From Parcubacteria group bacterium Gr01-1014_13 (GTDB lineage: Bacteria > Patescibacteriota > Patescibacteriia > Magasanikbacterales > GWA2-37-8), in the NCBI GenBank assembly GCA_007376295.1, contig VMGB01000001.1, forward strand, positions 285,969-349,968: a stretch of DNA of 64,000 nt, written 5' to 3'. Positions 1-8,629 of this stretch are shown here, one piece after another. The notes beneath the pieces were generated by a model, which ran no database searches, was not told the origin of the DNA, and saw only the letters and a list, made by a program, of their open reading frames with translations. Position 1 is the stretch's first letter, and each line of letters begins with the position of its first letter. Position numbers and translations under genes: made by a program.

Positions 1-523
1 GCCTGCGCAAGAATGTTACTAGAATTAGCGCTCACTAAAAATAGAGCTCTATTTTTTAAATTAAGTTTAGAATGCAAAATTTGATAAAACCAAATACTAA
101 AAGATTGCGCTACCAGATAGCCAAGGATACTCGCTAAACCCAAACGGGCGCTTTTATTAAAAACTGTTATCATCGCCTGATCAAGCGTTTTTGTTTCCGC
201 GATTCCAGGCATACTAATCACCAGCTCTGCCATGACAAGAAAAAAGAACACAGCCAGCGTTCCTAACCAAATACTTTTATAAGCGTTCTCGGCGCCAAAA
301 TACTCAATAGCTAAATAAGTGGCCAAAGAAACTGAAATATAAAAAATGTTGCCGGTATTGGTGGTAAAGCCAAAAAAAGAAACGGTCTTACCGCCCAGAG
401 TGGCAATGAGAAGAAGATTGACGATAATAAAACCGTATAACCATTCTTTTTTAGATTTATTCAGTGAAAGCAAAAAAATTAATTCGATTATAATTATAAC
501 GGCCAAAATAATTTCATTGATCA
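1..523 (-). CDS. Multi-pass membrane protein, 3' end lies outside the window. N-terminus MINEIILAVIIIIELIFLL...; possibly a YhhQ/DUF165-type queuosine-precursor transporter
   Basis: Hand translation of the minus strand from the ATG at 521-523 is open to the window edge. Strongly hydrophobic, TM-rich composition. The family assignment is a guess from overall pattern only. Confidence 0.45.
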
Positions 524-677
524 TATTTAAGATACGATTTAAAATTTATATATTAATTATACACCATACCGTTTTATAGATAAAGGCGGCAAAGTGTGTT
601 ATAATTACTTCGCTTAATAAAATAATAAAAATCAAGATGATTCCCCCCCCTCTTTTTTTTCTTATCTTGTTAAAGGT

Positions 678-2687
678 ATGAATAAATTAAAAAACCGACT
701 CCCTTTACTTATACTTTTTTTTGGCATAGCGGCAAGTTCTTTGTTCGTTTCTCATTACGTACTAGATATTGTTTCCTGGTTCGGAGTGCATTCCGGACCG
801 AAAATATCGCAGGAAGCGCGAGAAGGGATTGATACGGAAATAAGGTACGCTTTAATCCAAGCTAAAGAGCTAGCCGCTAACACAACATTGCGTTCGGCCT
901 TACACGAGCGGGACATTGCAAATCTGCTGGGAATCACCGCCGATGAAGCGCATAAAAGAAATGTGGAAAATATCGTCGTGACGGATGAAAACGGGGTGGT
1001 GCTATCAAGAACTGCAAATGCCACCAAACGCGGCGATTACATTTTTCAAACTACTGTTTGGGGGCATTTGGTAGCCGAAGGCAGAGGAGTTGCAAGCATT
1101 GAAAAAGGCAGAGTAAATCCCCTATTAATAATAGCCGCCTCGCCCATTAAAGAAGCTGGACGATTAATCGGCGGTATTTTTGTTTCCTATAATCTAACTA
1201 ACGATTACGCTAAACGTTTAACGGAAAAGTATCTTGATCCGGGAGTAGAGCTGGCTTTTTATAGTTATGAAAAAGGAGTTGTCGCCACCAGTTTTGACGA
1301 CCCGGAAATGAACTTAAGGCTAACCTCGTATTTTAACAAAGCTTTCCCCAATTCCACTTTTACAAACGAAGGAAATAATAGCTGGTCTAACCACGTTCAA
1401 TTTGACGGCGGTCATTATATGGTACGGTATATGAACCTGTCGGGAACAGACCATAAATTTGTTGGTTCTGTGGTAATTTTTATTCCCTGTCAGCCCGGCA
1501 CTGTGGCTATTATTATCGCCGCTATCCTAACGCTTCTTTTTTTTATATCATCTACGCTTTTTTGTCACTATCGTCGATGTTCAATAAACGGAAGAAACCC
1601 GGTCTCAATCTCTCTGCTCTCACTGTTAGTTTTTACACTGACATTTTTATTGTCATATTTAAACATCATTAGATTTACGACTAAACTTACTAAACCGCCA
1701 TTTACCATTTACAACTCAACCATGGCGTTTGAACCTGAAACCAGCATTGTCAGCAAATACTTTGAGCAGCGAATCGCCATCACTGTCAGTCCGGGCGGCG
1801 AAGCGATTAATACCGTATCAGCCGTAATAAATTATGATCCCAAAGCCGTAAAAATAAAAAATATAATTACGGATAAATCATTCTGCGACCAAAACCTATT
1901 TTTGGAAAAAAATATCGATGAAGCAAATGGTAAAGTTACTATTTCCTGTCTGGCGCCTAATCCGGGTTTTGCCGAACCAAAAGGAATTGTCGCTGAACTT
2001 GTTTTACAACCATTAAATGACGGGTTTATTGGTTTGCGGTTTGATCCCGAAAGCCAGGTTCTGGCCAATGATGGCTTGGGGACAAATGTTTTGCGCCAGG
2101 CTACCGACGGCAGTTATCAAATTGTGGACGAAAGTTTGACAACATCTACACGTTCACTTCTTGTTTTTTCCGTCACTCACCCTAATATTGAGCGCTGGTA
2201 TTCCAAAAAAATTATCGACCTTTCTTGGGTCGCTAAACCGGATCATCTTTACCAGTACGCGCTCAATAAAATTACTGATTTTGTTCCCGACAAAACTGCT
2301 ACCACCACACAACGAACCACGCGGCTGTCTGTGTCCGAAGACGGTATTTACTATTTCCACCTACTGGAAACAAAGAATAATGCCTCAACCGCGCTCGCGC
2401 ACTTCCCTATCAGAATTGATTTAACTCCGCCGCCGCCACCGGTAATCCGGGCAAGCAGCCAAAAAGTTGCCACCGATCAAATAGTCCGGTTTAATTTTGA
2501 AAATTTAGATACTCCGCCAAGTCTGCAATCCGGATTCTTTATTCAATTTAATAAAGGAATATTTTTACCGGTTCAGCCGCCCTTGTTTATGCCATTTCTC
2601 TTCTCCGGGAACTACCACGTCAATGTGCGTGTTTTTGATGCCGCCGGAAATACAAATGACGCGAGCACTACTATTGAAGTTAATTAA
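678..2687 (+). CDS. Large membrane-anchored surface protein. N-terminal TM helix, ~250-aa extracytoplasmic sensor-like region, two internal TM helices, C-terminal beta-rich region. Function unknown
   Basis: 669-aa ORF with hydrophobic segments at aa 8-30 and ~270-330. No kinase, HAMP or other output motif recognised. Confidence 0.55.
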   Translation: MNKLKNRLPLLILFFGIAASSLFVSHYVLDIVSWFGVHSGPKISQEAREGIDTEIRYALIQAKELAANTTLRSALHERDIANLLGITADEAHKRNVENIVVTDENGVVLSRTANATKRGDYIFQTTVWGHLVAEGRGVASIEKGRVNPLLIIAASPIKEAGRLIGGIFVSYNLTNDYAKRLTEKYLDPGVELAFYSYEKGVVATSFDDPEMNLRLTSYFNKAFPNSTFTNEGNNSWSNHVQFDGGHYMVRYMNLSGTDHKFVGSVVIFIPCQPGTVAIIIAAILTLLFFISSTLFCHYRRCSINGRNPVSISLLSLLVFTLTFLLSYLNIIRFTTKLTKPPFTIYNSTMAFEPETSIVSKYFEQRIAITVSPGGEAINTVSAVINYDPKAVKIKNIITDKSFCDQNLFLEKNIDEANGKVTISCLAPNPGFAEPKGIVAELVLQPLNDGFIGLRFDPESQVLANDGLGTNVLRQATDGSYQIVDESLTTSTRSLLVFSVTHPNIERWYSKKIIDLSWVAKPDHLYQYALNKITDFVPDKTATTTQRTTRLSVSEDGIYYFHLLETKNNASTALAHFPIRIDLTPPPPPVIRASSQKVATDQIVRFNFENLDTPPSLQSGFFIQFNKGIFLPVQPPLFMPFLFSGNYHVNVRVFDAAGNTNDASTTIEVN

Positions 2688-2768
2688 GGATATTACAAAA
2701 TAAAAAACACTCTACTTTTGGTAGAGTGACCGGCTCGCGTTTTTAGGCGCGAATACGGAATTTTTAGC

Positions 2769-3581
2769 CTAGTAGTCCCGCCGCGTATTCATAATACTGC
2801 GGCGGAAGAGGTTGTGGTATTTTTCTTCCAACCGCGCCTCTTCTTTGCTATCGTCATGACTGATCAAATCTTGAGGATCAAGAATTTGATCAAAGATTTC
2901 ATGACTGGTAGCTGTATCCACCACCTTGATGCGGATCACCATTTCCTGGTCGGACATCCCGGCGAAAATCGGATTCAGCTCGGGATTGTTGAGTCCACGG
3001 ACCATGTGATCAACAGCCGCTTTCGCCAACGCGTAACGAGAGAAGCTGGCTGCACGCAATCGCGCGCTTTGATCGATCAGATCTTCCAACTCCTTCACGA
3101 ATTGCTTGACAACCTTGTTAGTTGTTGTGCAATTCTGTTCCTCGCGGAATGGCAGATTGATCTCGCCACTTCCTCGGAGTTTTACCACATCTTCGCGGAA
3201 CTTCATGGCTGACTCCAAATCCATCAACTGACCAAGAACCTTGATGTCGTCGTCAATAAGAATATGTATTGACCGTGGCAAAGCGCCTCCAAACTCCACC
3301 CAACCATGCTGGCCACTACAGGTCTGGCAGAGTATGATACCCTTGTAGTTGCGGAGCTTTTCCTCCCTGGTGTTTTGCCCGTTATTATGGCCATTGGGCC
3401 GGCCTGGGTAGGTATACTCTCCGCTGTCAGGAGCCGTATCTTCGAACTTCATCATGTTCCACCCTCTTTCGTGACTGGTTGTATAATCTCCTTCTACCAT
3501 CCCCATGGTAAGAGGAGAAACGGGTGGAGTATAGCACAAAAAAGAGGTTTTGTCAATGTTTGACAAAACTTGTATTTTCAA
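2769..3581 (-). CDS. Hypothetical protein with CQTCSGQHGW (CxxC..H) motif. The ORF-track start is a TTG; the true start is probably the internal MGMVEGDY (~3506)
   Basis: Open frame of 270 codons. The codon at 3579-3581 is TTG, not ATG. No recognisable family. Confidence 0.45.
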   Translation of the reverse strand: MKIQVLSNIDKTSFLCYTPPVSPLTMGMVEGDYTTSHERGWNMMKFEDTAPDSGEYTYPGRPNGHNNGQNTREEKLRNYKGIILCQTCSGQHGWVEFGGALPRSIHILIDDDIKVLGQLMDLESAMKFREDVVKLRGSGEINLPFREEQNCTTTNKVVKQFVKELEDLIDQSARLRAASFSRYALAKAAVDHMVRGLNNPELNPIFAGMSDQEMVIRIKVVDTATSHEIFDQILDPQDLISHDDSKEEARLEEKYHNLFRRSIMNTRRDY

Positions 3582-3597
3582 GTATTATTCTCCCATT

Positions 3598-3674
3598 GGG
3601 TCGGTAGTTCAACTGGTTAGAGCACTGCCCTGTCACGGCAGAAGTTGCGGGTTCGAGTCCCGTCCGACCCGCCC
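3598..3674 (+). tRNA. tRNA-Asp(GTC)
   Basis: GGGTCGG acceptor, GTAGTTCAACTGGTTAGAGC D-arm, anticodon stem CTGCC/GGCAG with loop CTGTCAC, TTCGAGT T-loop, acceptor 3' strand CCGACCC. Confidence 0.85.
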
Positions 3675-3701
3675 ATTATTTCATTCTCAACCAAATTAAA
3701 A

Positions 3702-3731
3702 AAACAGGCTGGCAATCGCCAGTCTGTTTTT
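3702..3731. terminator. Bidirectional rho-independent terminator (AACAGGCTGGC-AATC-GCCAGTCTGTT, then T-run)
   Basis: 11-bp stem with one mismatch, flanked by A-run and T-run. Lies between tRNA-Asp (+) and the convergent − strand gene ending at 3754. Confidence 0.5.
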
Positions 3732-3753
3732 GTTAATTTCTTTTCATAGGTTG

Positions 3754-5481
3754 TTATTGAGTGGTGGTAGTTGCAGTTACTGTTACCTTGCCGGATTGAA
3801 TTACTGAATTGTCCAAATTCAGAACTCCTTCTACCCCGACCATGTTACCAACATGCAAATTGGCAAATGTCGGATTGCTTACACCAGGAACAATGAGTTG
3901 AGTATCGCCATATACTTGGGCGGTATAAACGGCGCCGGTAGAAGTCCTGAAGATAAAACTTTGGGTTGTAGTATTAATTGTTTGTATGCTTCCAGATATC
4001 GGCCCAGCTGTAGTTACTACAGAATCATCACGAACAAGAGTGGCGGTTATATTACCGCCGCTACCCATATTTCCTTGAACAACTAAGGTATCCCCTAAAG
4101 TAAAGTTGCCCAAATCAATACCTACGCCATTCTTGCTAGTCAAATCAGTATTAGCATCGACTCGGAATGTAACTGAATTAATTGGCGGAGCCAACAAGAC
4201 GCTCATTCCATTTAACGGAGGAAGGATATCTGATACTTCTACTGTCAACATGGCCGGGAGAGTTCTGCCGCTCATAGCAGTTAACTTTCCCTTAAAGCTA
4301 AAGGGCAAAGGTTGCGAAACATTTAAGACTGTTATGATGTTGGCGGTTAGGACATTTGTTCTGGTATTTAATGCGCCCTCTACCCGAACATTATCCCCAA
4401 CTTTAATATCAGCAAAAACAGAGGTGGTCATTCCAGGGACATTAAATATCGTAGATCCATGCACTGCCACATTCATTGTTGAACCATCGTCTTTGACAAG
4501 AACAAAGGTTTGGTCAAAAGGATCTACTGACTGAACGTTTCCCTTAGCCGTGCTGCTTACTACTCCAACAGAATTATCACGAACAGTTGTAGCGGTAATA
4601 TTTCCGCCAGCGTCTATATTTCCCTGCATCACTATATCATCACCCACCTTTAAATCCGCCAGAGTTATAGTTGCTCCAGAAGTTTCTGTAATCTTTGTAT
4701 TACTATCAACTTTAAAAGTTACCATATTAACCGGTTGGGCAAGCAGAGATCGCAGACTACCAGTTAGCGGAGGCAAAACACCTGTAACTTCCATCGTTAG
4801 TGAGGCTGGAAGAGTTGTGCTGCTTATAGCGGTTAATTCCCCCCTTAAGCTAAAAGGAAGCGGCTGAGGTTTTGTTACTTTAACTCTTACATGTGACGCA
4901 ACCAGGATATTTGTTCTGCTGTTAAACATTCCGGTTACCGTAGCTTGCTCACTGAACTTAAGATCGGAAAAGCTTAAAGTTTTTCCGTTAGTGCTCATAA
5001 TTTTTGTATTGCTTGTCACCTGCACAACTACCGGCAAAAGTTTGGAAGAGAAACCGGCGCGAGGCGACAAGGTAAATGTCATATCGAAAGGTTCGATGGT
5101 GCTAATGGTACCGGTTAAAGTTCTATGCTTTAACTTAAGAGATTGATCCTTTACTGATAACGCTTGCAAGATTCCATTTTCATCATAACGGCCAAATACT
5201 TGCAAAGTATCACCGGTCATAAGAGATGATAGTGAAACTTTTTCAAATGAATGGCTTAAGAAAATGGTTTTGTCAGAAACCCCTACTACTACGGTGGTAG
5301 TGGCCTGGCCTTTAACTTGAAGTGTTAATTGAGCAGGTAAAGTGGTTGAATTTACTGAGATAAGTTTGCCAGTGACTAGAGTAAGCTGCGTAGAGCTTTG
5401 AGCCATAGCTGGCGATATCATAGCCAGCGAAAGCAACATTACCAGTAATCCGGAACCTGCCTTATGAATTAAATATTTCAT
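3754..5481 (-). CDS. Secreted protein built of three ~190-aa tandem repeats (DUF5666-like beta domains?) with an N-terminal signal peptide
   Basis: N-terminus MKYLIHKAGSGLLVMLLSLAMISPAMA. The motif LPFS(L/F)(R/K)G(E/K)LTA...KVGD..V..G recurs three times across the protein. Confidence 0.6.
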   Translation of the reverse strand: MKYLIHKAGSGLLVMLLSLAMISPAMAQSSTQLTLVTGKLISVNSTTLPAQLTLQVKGQATTTVVVGVSDKTIFLSHSFEKVSLSSLMTGDTLQVFGRYDENGILQALSVKDQSLKLKHRTLTGTISTIEPFDMTFTLSPRAGFSSKLLPVVVQVTSNTKIMSTNGKTLSFSDLKFSEQATVTGMFNSRTNILVASHVRVKVTKPQPLPFSLRGELTAISSTTLPASLTMEVTGVLPPLTGSLRSLLAQPVNMVTFKVDSNTKITETSGATITLADLKVGDDIVMQGNIDAGGNITATTVRDNSVGVVSSTAKGNVQSVDPFDQTFVLVKDDGSTMNVAVHGSTIFNVPGMTTSVFADIKVGDNVRVEGALNTRTNVLTANIITVLNVSQPLPFSFKGKLTAMSGRTLPAMLTVEVSDILPPLNGMSVLLAPPINSVTFRVDANTDLTSKNGVGIDLGNFTLGDTLVVQGNMGSGGNITATLVRDDSVVTTAGPISGSIQTINTTTQSFIFRTSTGAVYTAQVYGDTQLIVPGVSNPTFANLHVGNMVGVEGVLNLDNSVIQSGKVTVTATTTTQ

Positions 5482-5730
5482 ATAATTAACAATTAAAGGT
5501 AAATTAATCTCGAAGGATCATCGGCCTTTAAATTGCAAATATGAACTTTGGTCCTTCATTAACTATACACTCCTGTCCAAGTAACGTTACATCAGGCAGT
5601 GATAGTCTTCTTTAATTAAAGCATTAAATATATGTGAAAATTATGAAGTTTCTTCTCCATATTGATATTATTTTTTAATAAAAAAACGAACGCCGGGAAA
5701 AGCGCTCGCTAAAATGAACAAACTTTACTA

Positions 5731-6348
5731 CTAACCCCAAGGATATGGTTCGAGCTTGATATCTGGATAATCCCTTCTCATTATCTGCGCTAATTGCGAA
5801 ATTTTATGCGGACTAGGCCTACCTTCTCTGATCAAGACCAAACCCATGGTTTGTTTTAGCCATTCTGTATCCATTTTGACATGACATTCTTGACAAAAGA
5901 CTAGGCGCTTCATCCACGGCCCACCACCAAACTTCCCCCACGAAGTTATTCCGTAATAACTAACGGAGTGCCACTGTGGAGCAAATCTGTTTTGAAATGC
6001 TAGGCCGGAATCATAACGGATACTTTTATCATCTTTTTTACAACGAATACATACCAAATGTGTCGCTGCAAAGTATGTCCAACTAACACCATCTCCGCTT
6101 GGGATGCTCCACTGTAAAAGATTTGAGTTCTGAAAACAATATTTTCCGCTTTCTTGATTATCTTTATCAAGTTCATTGCCGCAATTATGGCAATCCAACA
6201 AAAAATGATAATCAGGAGAGTGAAAGCCTTGCACTCGGCAATCTTTAAACAGCCCGCAATCTATTGTTTGCTTGGTTTTGCGTCTGACCCAGATCGCAAA
6301 TCCGCATTTTTCACAAACTGTTGCCTCTCCTTCTAGATTAGCCATCAT
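5731..6348 (-). CDS. Cysteine-rich protein with multiple CxxC zinc-ribbon motifs. True start MMANLEGEATVCEKCG at 6348, preceded by AAAGGAG
   Basis: The ORF-track entry (to 6582) over-extends the N-terminus. The start is reassigned to the ATGATG with a Shine-Dalgarno sequence. Motifs CEKCG, CHNCG, CIRCK and CQEC are present. Confidence 0.55.
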   Translation of the reverse strand: MMANLEGEATVCEKCGFAIWVRRKTKQTIDCGLFKDCRVQGFHSPDYHFLLDCHNCGNELDKDNQESGKYCFQNSNLLQWSIPSGDGVSWTYFAATHLVCIRCKKDDKSIRYDSGLAFQNRFAPQWHSVSYYGITSWGKFGGGPWMKRLVFCQECHVKMDTEWLKQTMGLVLIREGRPSPHKISQLAQIMRRDYPDIKLEPYPWG

Positions 6349-6377
6349 CAACTCCTTTTGTATTGCGCAAATATAAC

Positions 6378-6625
6378 ATGACCGTAATCCTTGGGTCAAG
6401 GGCTTGCTAAATTCCATTTTGTGGAATATACTGGGCTTAGTTTTGAAAAAACCCCAAACCAAGGAGAAAACGATACGCATCAGGATCAAAAGCACTCCAC
6501 CCGGAGATAGAAATAGTCCTCCTGAATGGATCAGGCAAGCCTGGGTCGGTATTGAACTAGAAAGTACTGGCAGAGAACCCACGCCTCCCCTGAATGATTT
6601 CCAATTACTTACTGGTCTACGAAGC
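6378..6625 (+). ncRNA. Candidate RNase P RNA-like element, strongly reduced. It contains a P3-like hairpin followed by AUACUGGGCU, CUCCACCCGGAG..AAAUAG, a CCUGGGUCGGUAUUGAAC block, and GCAGAGAACCCACGCC
   Basis: GC-rich non-coding stretch. The ORF-track protein here is low-complexity. Motif order and spacing parallel E. coli M1 RNA: GGAAAGUCCGGGCU, then ACUCCACCCGGAGCAAGGCCAAAUAGGGG, then CCCGGGUAGGCUGCUUGA, then ACAGAACCCGGCUUA. Boundaries are uncertain, and the transcribed region may run to the terminator at 6815-6845. Confidence 0.4.
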
Positions 6626-6814
6626 AGTACGGCAAATTTGGATGGTTACATGGTAGATGGCCTCACAGCTTTAAGGGCGCTTCAACTCCACAACACGGAA
6701 GCCTACAGATGGTGGATAATAAACTGTCCAGAAGCAGCTTTCAGCACCCTGGTGTTCCATACCAAAGTATGCGAGGAGCTTCCCTAGTTCCTCCCGCTTA
6801 CCAAAAAACAAGCC

Positions 6815-6845
6815 CGCTTGGTCGTTGTACCAAACGGGCTTTTAT
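6815..6845 (+). terminator. Rho-independent terminator (AGCCCGCTTGGT..ACCAAACGGGCT + TTTTAT)
   Basis: 12-bp stem with one mismatch, followed by a T-run. Confidence 0.6.
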
Positions 6846-7298
6846 GTTATTATTAACATCATGAATTTAACATTTAAAAAACTATTTAAGCTCGGAGTCT
6901 TTCCTTTTTTAGTTTACCTGGTAAATAACACTATTCAATTTTTGGTACCGGAAGCTTATCTTCTATATAGCATAGATACATTGGCACATTTTTTGGGAGG
7001 CCTGGCTATTGCCTACAGCGCCCATTATGCCTTATCTATGATTGAGAAAAAACATTGGATTACAATCAAAAAAAATATTTTGAGGTGTGGTATTATTTTT
7101 TCAATAGTGATGACAATTGCAGTATGGTGGGAGTTTTATGAATTCCTTTATGATTATTTCGCAGACACATCTTCCTACTCTTATTTATTCCTCATGCAAC
7201 CCAGTGTTTCTGACACGATAAAAGATTTCTATATGGCTACGTTTGGAGCAATAGTTTTTTGTATCGGCATATTGCACCAAGCAAAAAAGAAAAAATAA
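6825..7298 (+). CDS. Hypothetical multi-pass membrane protein (start may be MNLTFKK at 6864)
   Basis: 157-aa ORF with 4 predicted TM segments. No family recognised. Confidence 0.5.
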   Translation: MYQTGFYVIINIMNLTFKKLFKLGVFPFLVYLVNNTIQFLVPEAYLLYSIDTLAHFLGGLAIAYSAHYALSMIEKKHWITIKKNILRCGIIFSIVMTIAVWWEFYEFLYDYFADTSSYSYLFLMQPSVSDTIKDFYMATFGAIVFCIGILHQAKKKK

Positions 7299-7299
7299 A

Positions 7300-8490
7300 T
7301 TAACTTTTTTGTAGCCGACGAGAATAGTACCAAGCCGCTAACAACGTGGTAAGGGGTACGGCTATCACCAATACTGTACTTCCTACCAAGGTACGAACAA
7401 TTTCTTCCGCAATAAAATTACTGTTTAGGGTGACCCATAAAGATTGGGTTTTTTGCGTACTATAAAGCAACAATAAAGGAAACGAGGCCCCAACATAGGC
7501 AAGAAATAAAGTATTGATAAGGGAAGCGATATGTTCCCGGCCAACTGATATACCGCTTTTATAAAGCTGCTGAAACGTAAGGGAGTTATTGGCAGTTGAA
7601 ATTTCTTCTACAGCCGCGGCTTGGCCTGTAGTTACATCATCTAAAACTCCGAGAACGCCGATAATAATACTGCCGAGCAATAATCCTTGTAAATTAATAT
7701 TAAAGGTATCGAACTGTAAATAAAACGCTTCTTCTGTGCCATTGCCAGCCACTTTGGCCATATATACAAAAAGTAGATCTATAACCACCGCCAATGCCAA
7801 ACACAACATAGAGCTTACCAAAGCAATGCTAGTTCTTTTATTAAACCCATGTGATAAATATAGCGACAAGAGAAGAATAACGACTGCTCCGATTACACAT
7901 GTCCAAAGTGGATCAGCGCCTTTGATAATATGCGGAATAATGTAATAAAAGATAACGACGATACTAAAAATCATCCCTATAACAGATGTCAAACCGCGTT
8001 TGCGGCCAAAATAAATAGCGAGAGCAAAAAATATTGCGGTGATCAGTAGCAGGTTGGGCGTGCGATATCTGTCGGTAATATAATATACATCTTTTTGTCC
8101 TTGTGTATGTGAAGGTTTGGATAGAATTACAGTCTCCCCTTCCCTTACTTTTTGAAATACTCCGATAACAAAGTCTTTACCATGATCAATAACTACACGC
8201 TTACCCTTTTCATCGCCATTTAAAATTTCCAGCTCTAACTTTTGGTACTCCTGCACGCGGCCATCTATCGTTACTGTGCCGGATTCCAAAATTTTCAGCA
8301 CCTTGGCACGATAAGAGATATCCCCTGTTTCGGTAGCTACTGGTACTGCCGGCAGATCCGGATTCTCCAAAAAGACCGCTGTATCTTGCTGATCCGACGC
8401 AGTATCGGTCGCGGCTCTGGCCACACCAATATTTAATAAACAAGCAAACAGTACCAGACATACCAAAATCCACTTTATTTTATATATCAT
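7300..8490 (-). CDS. YibE/F-like integral membrane protein with an N-terminal secreted domain
   Basis: Signal peptide, ~150-aa soluble domain, then ~6 TM helices. The architecture resembles the YibE/F family. Confidence 0.5.
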   Translation of the reverse strand: MIYKIKWILVCLVLFACLLNIGVARAATDTASDQQDTAVFLENPDLPAVPVATETGDISYRAKVLKILESGTVTIDGRVQEYQKLELEILNGDEKGKRVVIDHGKDFVIGVFQKVREGETVILSKPSHTQGQKDVYYITDRYRTPNLLLITAIFFALAIYFGRKRGLTSVIGMIFSIVVIFYYIIPHIIKGADPLWTCVIGAVVILLLSLYLSHGFNKRTSIALVSSMLCLALAVVIDLLFVYMAKVAGNGTEEAFYLQFDTFNINLQGLLLGSIIIGVLGVLDDVTTGQAAAVEEISTANNSLTFQQLYKSGISVGREHIASLINTLFLAYVGASFPLLLLYSTQKTQSLWVTLNSNFIAEEIVRTLVGSTVLVIAVPLTTLLAAWYYSRRLQKS

Positions 8491-8559
8491 AAAATTAATA
8501 TTGATTAAACACTATTAATAATACCAAACACTGCAATAAAATGAAACCGCAGGAGGGGC

Positions 8560-8588
8560 TTGACACCTTCCTTTTAAGGTGGTACGAT
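8560..8588 (+). promoter_or_regulatory. Sigma70-like promoter TTGACA-17-TACGAT upstream of the Fur-family gene
   Basis: TTGACA at 8560-8565, 17-nt spacer, TACGAT at 8583-8588. Confidence 0.4.
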
Positions 8589-8599
8589 TAGTTTATTAA

Positions 8600-8614
8600 T
8601 GCAACAAAGTTGCA
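8600..8614 (+). promoter_or_regulatory. Perfect palindrome TGCAAC-AAA-GTTGCA between the promoter and the Fur-family start codon. Candidate Fur/Zur operator (autoregulation)
   Basis: 6-3-6 inverted repeat seen directly in the sequence, positioned at or just downstream of +1. Confidence 0.4.
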
Positions 8615-8629
8615 AATCATACTGACATT

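Noticed and set aside
346-579. 77-aa + strand ORF
   Set aside because: It lies antisense within the better-supported − strand membrane-protein gene (1-523), and its product is low-complexity.
2769-6350. Possible integrated element flanking tRNA-Asp (GC-elevated genes on both sides)
   Set aside because: No integrase, no repeat of the tRNA 3' end and no other boundary signal was found. It is noted only as an accessory-looking block within the repeat-protein finding.
5731-6582. Track ORF over-extended at the N-terminus (283 aa)
   Set aside because: The upstream extension has no start context. ATGATG at 6348 is preceded by AAAGGAG, so the CDS is trimmed to 5731-6348.
6404-6787. 127-aa + strand ORF in the ORF track
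   Set aside because: The translation is low-complexity (PPGDRNSPPEW..., RSSTANLDGY...). The DNA is GC-rich, structured, carries RNase P-like motifs and ends in a terminator. I therefore treat it as non-coding RNA rather than protein.
6625-6815. Second ncRNA (6S, SRP or tmRNA) in the GC-rich tail after the RNase P-like element
   Set aside because: I could not find the diagnostic motifs by eye: the SRP GGAAGCAGC/AGGUCAGG pair, a tmRNA tRNA-like end with a tag reading frame, or a 6S central bubble with paired arms. It is left unassigned pending covariance-model searches.
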